Position numbers and translations under genes: made by a program
In this document: positions 56,814 through 64,000 of the stretch, one piece after another
Position numbering within the stretch: position 1 is the stretch's first letter
How the letters are laid out: each line of letters opens with the position of its first letter
Notes under the pieces: model-generated
Told to the model about the DNA's origin: nothing
The model's database searches: none
Seen by the model: the letters and a program-made list of their open reading frames with translations, nothing else
Source: Corallochytrium limacisporum Hawaii
Taxonomy: Eukaryota; Protista; Pluriformea
Assembly: GCA_002811645.1 (NCBI GenBank)
Contig: PDIP01000149.1
Location: 4,024-68,023, forward strand
Length of the DNA: 64,000 bases
Direction: 5' to 3'

Positions 56814-59548
56814 ATTTCATGCTTTCAACTGGGCTGGCATCACCGAGCATTCCACAAAGCACCCCGATCACCTGTTCACTTGTAAATATAATGTTCACTT
56901 TAAATCGCATGCCTGCTGGTCTTGCACTTCTCCGTACCCTTTGCCTGAACCCGAAATTTAAACATGCGGGACCATCGGAGAGCACCCTGGTCAAAACCAT
57001 CTTCTCGCCAAACTCAAACATAGAGGAGGTGGGGACCAGTTTTCAATATCAAAATCAAATCATATGATTCAGTGCTTGTGTAAACTTTCAAACCAGGCAG
57101 AGGGGGGATTTATAAAAAAGTACGTATATAAAATTTATGACCACTGCAGACCAACTGGAGAGAAACAGGCGCAGTGTCTAATCTCCTCACTGCATCCACG
57201 CTTGCACGCGGACCAGCAGTGCCCCTCGTTTCCTATTGATGATTACAGTTTTCGGCGCGCATGCAATGCGATAAGTTTAGTAATACTGGTGAGGGAAAAC
57301 GGAAACCTTATCCGGTCTTCTTCGGAGTGATAGACTTCTATTTGATACTACAATAACCTTTCGACCGGAGAGTTTAGAACTTCCTCTCATCGGTTTAGGT
57401 TGGTGCGCTGTAACCAACCCGGCCCCTTTTCCCCTTTGTGGACGACCCTAGGTTTTCCTAGGATTACTCCCCCTATCAAATTTCCATCTCGGATCGTGCT
57501 GCAGCAACGGCACGCTCTCAGCACAACAAGAAACCAAATATGCGCGTTCCATCGCACACAGTTTGACAGGAGGTGACAGGCGTTGTCTTGTCCGTTCGAA
57601 ATACCCTTGAAAACTATGCGTCGCAAAAACAAGAAGGATCAAGTTCAGGGATCATCAACAAAAAAAAAGTCAACGATCACGGCACACGATGCCCGACGTT
57701 GCACACGGTGACAGTAACGACTACATCATCAACGCGAGCACAGCCCCTCCCTCAGAGATCTTGCGCAGAGACCACTGAAACAAGTCTTTCGCCTTTCCGT
57801 GTGCTGTCAAAGTTTTTCTTCGCTACACCCCGTAATTCGTGAAAGGGTATGTACGCACGCATACCTCCGCGAGCACCCAGTTGCAGAATGATCTGTCGGG
57901 TTGGCAGGGCTCTGCCCCTCTGCGCGGCCCTTTCCCTTCTTTTGGTCAACAAGAACACGCGACCAACTTGTACAGCAGGGCTCTGGTGGACGGTTGCCAT
58001 CCAGAAGCCATGCACATATGTACGTAATCAGCAACAGTTTCAAACTGTTCTTACAATGGCTACGATGCAGCGGATTTATCTGCATCAGGGAAACAGTGTT
58101 GCAAGGGATCTCCAAACATGGATCCAAGATAAGTGTGCGTGAGGTGACTTCTTTGAAGAAGAAAACCATCCACGACAGAACCCAGATCGCGGTATCTGCA
58201 ATGAATCTATCGCACACTATGGGGGGTACAGGGGAAGTACCACCAAATGTGAATTTCTTAATGATTCTGGGGGGTGACGCGAATGGCGAAAGGCAGCAAT
58301 GCAGTAGTGCATTGTGAGAGCACACTAACGTTCGCGCATTTTGTAGCAGTGCCAATGATTCCATGAACCGGTCCCTTCGTTGGTGTCGTGCTTCGAAATT
58401 GTGTGGGTCTCAGCGGATCACCAGCCACTGGTGTGATGGGTACAAAATCAATGGAGCACATGCTTCAACATACAAGATTTGAGACTCTTCTAATGGTCCC
58501 TGCAATTCATCTGCATGCTGCATGATAGCGTGCAATGGCTGCATCTGGTGAGAGGTTCCCGATTGTGGGCACAATGCCAGAGCTGTTGACCCGGGTTCGG
58601 CTTGCTTTTACTATTGTATGACAAGGATGCTTTAAGCCAAAACTCACCACAACCCGATGGTACGCATATATTGGCAGACAGGGAATTCATCAACCGAAAT
58701 TTCAAAATCTGCAGAATTTCTTGAACGGTATGCGTTGCTTGCTGCCTGGTAATGGTGGGAGATAGATTCTCCACATGCCCGTGGGGTTTGAAACCGGGAA
58801 GATCGGTCTTCCCACATTGGTACATTTAGTATAGGTCGGCGGCCTGGGCGAATTGGTGTGTACGTATGTGATAGGACGCGAGATCCTTCGTCATGTACTT
58901 TTTGGAGGAGGCAATATTCCTGTGTGAAGAAATGAAATTGAAGAAAATGAGTACAGAAAGAAACAGGGTGGGAGGGGGGGGGGGCCGAGAGAGAGTACTA
59001 TCACCCCCGTCGGAGTATGTAGTACGAAAATATGGGCCAAACAATTGCTTAATTTTTCTTTCGGCTTTCTGTACCAGGTTTTTGGCTTTTTTTGGCCAGC
59101 CCCCGGCTCGTTTTCTGTACCTCAGAAGTACTAAATATTTGAGTTCCGGTGAATAACGTTGGTCGGGGGAGGAGGGGGGAAAAGGCTGTGTTCCACGGTA
59201 CATGTTTGTTTTGGTTCATTAACTTTTCACTGAATACAACTTATGATGATTCCCTAACAACATGCTTGCCTCTTCGGAGTAGAACTAAAGGCTGTACGCT
59301 TTCGTGATCTACCTACTTAGCATCTTCTCTCTCTCTCGCTCCCCTTTTCGCCTGCCTTTCTGAGACATTTCTTATCTTGACCGCATGCACAAAAGAAAGA
59401 AAATAGGGGGTAGGTATGAAACAAACAAGTGCCAACCCCTTTTAAAATATCTGTTTGAATCAACGAAACCGTCGGGACTGAAAATTGGTATCGCCGTGGT
59501 TTTTTCCTTTGGGTCTGAGCTGTGTGTTGTTGGTACGCCGGTATTCGG

Positions 59549-59565
59549 CCCCCCCCCCCCCCCCC
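59549..59565 (-). repeat. Poly-C tract (C17; G17 on minus strand)
   Basis: 17 consecutive C about 550 bp upstream of ALDH7A1. Confidence 0.9.
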
Positions 59566-60114
59566 ACTGAACCCCCTTTTTCGTATACGGTGTGTGCCCA
59601 CTGTTTTTGTCGGTCACTTCACCGGAGCGATAACACCCGGGGCCTGGGTACTTTCAGTACCACGGTAGCGGACGTGGGGTTTTTTTTCCAAAATTCCAAA
59701 GCTTGTCATGCCTGTTTCTCCTTCTTATTCCGTATCCTTTTTGGTGGGAGCAAGCGGAGGTGCGCGTCGGCCCGTTTGCATTGCTCACAAAGTGGCTTTC
59801 CTTGCGCAGCCGGAAATGAACCGTGGTGAACCGTACGCGGTAGTCCGTGACGATATCTGCTCGCAGACATGCAGAGGGCCATTGTTATGCCAAACGCGCG
59901 GCCAGTTTCAGTCGCCGCCACCATTTCTTTCGACGGTACCTACTGAACAGCAAGCGGATCAAGCATGTAAAGCTACAAATCCATGACTGTTCGCTCACGC
60001 AGCCGGATGGAAACACCTCCGGGACACGATCATCGGGCACTAGGCTGCAAGAGGTCGGGTTCAACAGTCACACACGCGTGTCAACCAATTTTCTTGATTC
60101 ATATAGTGTCCACT

Positions 60115-61740
60115 ATGGTACTGCTGCGCAACGTGCAGAAAGCGGCACGATCTGCCAACAGTGTGCCCTTCTTGGCCACCCGGGCATTTAGCGTCTTTTC
60201 TCAGCAACGTTCAATGTTGATCGAGAACCCGGATTATGCCTTCCTGCGGGAGCTAGGTCTCCAGGAAGAGAATGAAGGCGTCTGGGACGGCAAGGAATGG
60301 AAGGCCAACGGGCGCATGGTGGAGAGCATTGATCCGGGTAGTGGACAGGTGATTGCAAAGGTGCGCATGGGTTCCGTCCAGGACTATCACCGCGCCACCG
60401 CCGCAGCTGTCGAGGCACAGGAGGTCTGGCAGAACTGCACTCCTCCTTTCCGGGGCGAAGTGATCCGCGTCTTGGGCGAACGTCTGCGCCACCACAAGCA
60501 GAATCTGGGTAAGTTGGTGAGTCTAGAGATGGGAAAGATCTTGCCCGAGGGTGAAGGCGAGGTTCAGGAGTATATTGACATCTGTGACTACGCAACTGGT
60601 TTGAGTCGCATGCTCAACGGTGCTATCATCCCGTCCGAAAGACCCAATCACATGCTAATGGAACAGTGGAACCCCTTGGGCACTATTGGCGTGATCAGTG
60701 CTTTTAATTTCCCAGTCGCAGTCTACGGCTGGAACAATGCCATTGCATTGGCTGCGGGCAACACGATGGTCTGGAAAGGTGCCCCGACGGTGAACTTGGT
60801 GAGCGTCGCAGTGACAAAGATCATTGACGAAGTGCTGCAGAGCTTTGATCTCCCATCTGGCATATGCACACTCGCAACCGGCGACGCAGATGTTGGCAAG
60901 GCCATGGCTGCGGATCCTGCTATCGATCTTGTCAGCTTCACTGGTTCCACAGAGGTCGGCCGACAGGTCGGTGTAGAAGTGCAGAAACGATTTGGTCAAA
61001 AGATTCTCGAACTTGGTGGCAATAATGCCCTCATTGTTATGGAGGATGCGGACCTGGATATGGTTGTGCGGAGTGTTCTGTTTGCGGCCGTAGGAACCGC
61101 GGGTCAGCGCTGCACGACGTGCCGCCGTCTGCTTCTGCACGAATCCATCGCTGACGAGGTACTTGGCCGTCTACAGAAAGCTTACGAAAACGTGAACATT
61201 GGTCATCAACTGGAATCCTCGACGTTGGTTGGACCGCTGCACTCAGCGACTGCAGTGGATGTCTTCAGTGCAGGTCTAGATGAGGCGACGGCGCAGGGCG
61301 GCAAAGTGATCACAGGCGGTGCGGTCCTGGATCGTCCCGGTAACTACGTTCAGCCCGCAATCGTGCAAATTGACCACAGTGCAGACATTGTCAAGACTGA
61401 GAAATTCGTGCCGACTCTGTATGCCTGCAAGTTCAAAGATTTTGAAGAGGCCGTTAGCTTCAATAACTGCGTCGAGCAAGGTTTGAGTAGCAGCGTTTTC
61501 ACGCAGGATATTGGTCGTCTGTTTAAGTGGATCGGACCCACCGGTGCTGACTCTGGAATCGTTAACGTCAATATCCCAACCAACGGTGCTGAAATTGGCG
61601 GTGCTTTTGGTGGCAATAAGGCCACTGGTTGGGGCCGGGAATCCGGCAGTGACTCGTGGAAGCAGTACATGCGGCGGGCTACCTGTACCATCAACTATGG
61701 CACCGAATTGCCCCTCAGCCAAGGCATCAAATTCGATTGA
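60115..61740 (+). CDS. ALDH7A1: Alpha-aminoadipic semialdehyde dehydrogenase (antiquitin) with N-terminal mitochondrial presequence
   Basis: [47 protein letters not shown] (catalytic Cys), [34 protein letters not shown] at 60115. Confidence 0.97.
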   Translation: MVLLRNVQKAARSANSVPFLATRAFSVFSQQRSMLIENPDYAFLRELGLQEENEGVWDGKEWKANGRMVESIDPGSGQVIAKVRMGSVQDYHRATAAAVEAQEVWQNCTPPFRGEVIRVLGERLRHHKQNLGKLVSLEMGKILPEGEGEVQEYIDICDYATGLSRMLNGAIIPSERPNHMLMEQWNPLGTIGVISAFNFPVAVYGWNNAIALAAGNTMVWKGAPTVNLVSVAVTKIIDEVLQSFDLPSGICTLATGDADVGKAMAADPAIDLVSFTGSTEVGRQVGVEVQKRFGQKILELGGNNALIVMEDADLDMVVRSVLFAAVGTAGQRCTTCRRLLLHESIADEVLGRLQKAYENVNIGHQLESSTLVGPLHSATAVDVFSAGLDEATAQGGKVITGGAVLDRPGNYVQPAIVQIDHSADIVKTEKFVPTLYACKFKDFEEAVSFNNCVEQGLSSSVFTQDIGRLFKWIGPTGADSGIVNVNIPTNGAEIGGAFGGNKATGWGRESGSDSWKQYMRRATCTINYGTELPLSQGIKFD

Positions 61741-64000
61741 TTTTTCCCATCAGGGGCCTATTTGATTCTCATATAGTAATCAGTAAATATTTAGCTGCAT
61801 TTTCTCTTCCCGTCTGGTTGCCTGGTTGGGAGGGAATGTGTGGTTTTGAACCAGCAATTAATGTATAGAGCGCGCACATGGTGTCATCAACGTAGCCTTT
61901 TGGGTGTGTGCGCTCATGTGCACAGACTGTCTGGATGCGCTCTCTACTGTACCACTCTTTTCCTTCTTCCCGTCGGGTAAAGCAACACTGCCACATCCCG
62001 GTGGTATGCAACTGATTCGGATGGTTTCTCTTAAACAGCAGAGACGATCGGGATCCCCATACACTGCAACTAGAGTGATAAACTGATCGTGGAGGCCAGT
62101 TGCTTCACGTGCGGTCCACCAGCAAGCCTTGCGGTCCCCCAAGTCGTCCTCGTCTGTGGTTGGTGTTGCTGGAGCATTACGTAGTATGTGCAGATGGATG
62201 CGGGTGTCGATCAAATACTTGGTGTGTGGGGGTTTGTTTGATGTTTTTGGCTCCTTTTGTTCAGGGACAGTAGTTGATGTATATGTCGCATTTATCCCAC
62301 ACACATGTACCGAGAATGGCCGAAGTACCTGGTGCCGGCGGGCCAAGAAGATCATTGTTGGATGAGCAGGACATTTTGGACACATTGCAACAGTCAAAGA
62401 AGTAGTAGCACTGCTGCATGTGTTTTCCGAACGCACTTCCACCAAGGGCAATTTAGTTCGCCATTGGCTAACACAGGAGGTACCCGTCTAACATTCCTTT
62501 GGTGCACAACATCCGTAAGGGAACGCTTCGATCGTCCCGCCCCTTCCCCGTTGGGTCCTCAGCAACCCAAAACCTGGCACACGCGCCCACACGGTCTGCA
62601 ATGGCTATAATGGCTACCTTTTCATCATGTGAGCGCAGTCGCTGCCTTCACCGCTTTTGCGTTCTGACCATGTACACGGCATCATACGCAGTTTATGCCC
62701 TTGCACACTTTTGAATTCTTACCTAGCATATTGCTACTATCGCTGACGATGTCTGAATACTCCACGCAAAATGCTATCACAATCGCCATGATCAACCATC
62801 AATGTTGACCACCTTTCATCGGTTTCTGAAACCATTTCTAGCGCCTACCCTGTGATGAATCCGGTGTGTGGCCTTCGATCCTGGAACCGAAGAGTATTCC
62901 CTTTTGCCATCTGATGTACATCTCCGCGTCGCGTACCCAGTGAAAAAGCCCGTACCAAATCTTTCACCGTCCATCTCCGCAGTCTTCATTTGATTCGCTG
63001 CGCTCTCTCTCTTGTGGGCATCCCTTGTGATGAGTGATTTTCACATATCAATACCAATACGCGATACACCCACAGAATATACTCACGTTCAGCAACTCTT
63101 CCACATCGAGCACAGCACATCCCATCCAGCAGCTTGCATCGAAATCTGCGCTGCACCTACTCCATCTGTGACGATGGTTGATGATGCAGATTGGGACATG
63201 TATACATACGTACATGTACCATCCTGTTCGCCTGAACTGCATACCCACATGCCGCGTGCTCGTTCACACATATACACAAATTGCAGGCTAGGTATTGGTC
63301 AATTCAATTCACAGTGAGAAAAGGCTACAATTTCATGCAGATCAGCACCGGACCACCCAGCCTGTTTGTCCCCCCTCCCCCCTTCCGTCCTCTGATGATG
63401 CGCTCCCTGGATTTGTCCAGTCTTTGCGTCACACTTCCGCCTATTTTCCTTCATGCGCACCTGCAAGCAGCAAATAAGGGTGTCGGGTGTGGGCTGAGCC
63501 TGAGAGAACCTGGCGCTGCTGCAGCGGCCTTTTAAGTTTTAACTCTTGAATTTTGAAGGAACCGGAGATCGCGCAGAACACGGCGCACTGCACCAGAAAC
63601 GAAAAGAGACAGGTCAAGCCCATTCGTAAGTTTTTCTCATCACTCCGCTGCTGCCGTCAGTTGAAATTGTACAGCGCACGAAGGAAAAGAGTAGTCAGTG
63701 CATTTCTAGAAACCTCCTCCTCCTCCTCCGCCGCGCAACTTCCCACTCTAACCTTTTTACCACGACGACACCGCTCTCGTCATACGTCGACCAAGGGGCG
63801 GACCATCTCCCCCCCTTCCAACCCCAGGTGGTTCCCGTGTGCAAAAAACGGGGGGGGGGTGGGGGTTTTTCTTTTTCTGTATTGCTTTGCTTTATTTCTT
63901 TTTTGCGGGGAACAAAGACAAATCTGGCCGATCCAAAAGCTCCCCCTTTCATGCCTGCACCAAGCGGCGAAGATAAAAAAAAACAGCGGAGTAGGGGGGG

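Overview
Eukaryotic genomic window with about 16 protein-coding genes on both strands, each a single uninterrupted ORF with no intron needed. Intergenic DNA contains poly-G/C, poly-A/T and (GT)n-rich islands and three N-gaps. Gene content (SELENOW, CUEDC2, IFRD, RABL6, RBM26/27, SLC25A39/40, ALDH7A1, theta-class GST) looks animal-related. Together with the lack of introns this suggests an intron-poor unicellular holozoan such as Corallochytrium, which is inference only. Main points: (1) a selenoprotein W gene missed by the ORF track because of an in-frame TGA in a CGAU motif, with a non-canonical SECIS candidate; (2) a 24-bp element (21/24 identical, exact 13-mer GATTGGGCGGGAC) shared by the upstream regions of the two purine-metabolism genes IMPDH and MTAP; (3) an AMPK/CAMK-like kinase fused to a C-terminal START domain and a TBC1D8/9-like N-terminal segment; (4) a strongly diverged spliceosomal SF3B5; (5) a Cys-rich putative Fe-S sensor loop in SLC25A39/40; (6) a SNF2 gene whose best-context ATG is followed by an in-frame TAG. 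All family calls come from recognising motifs by eye; no database searches were run.
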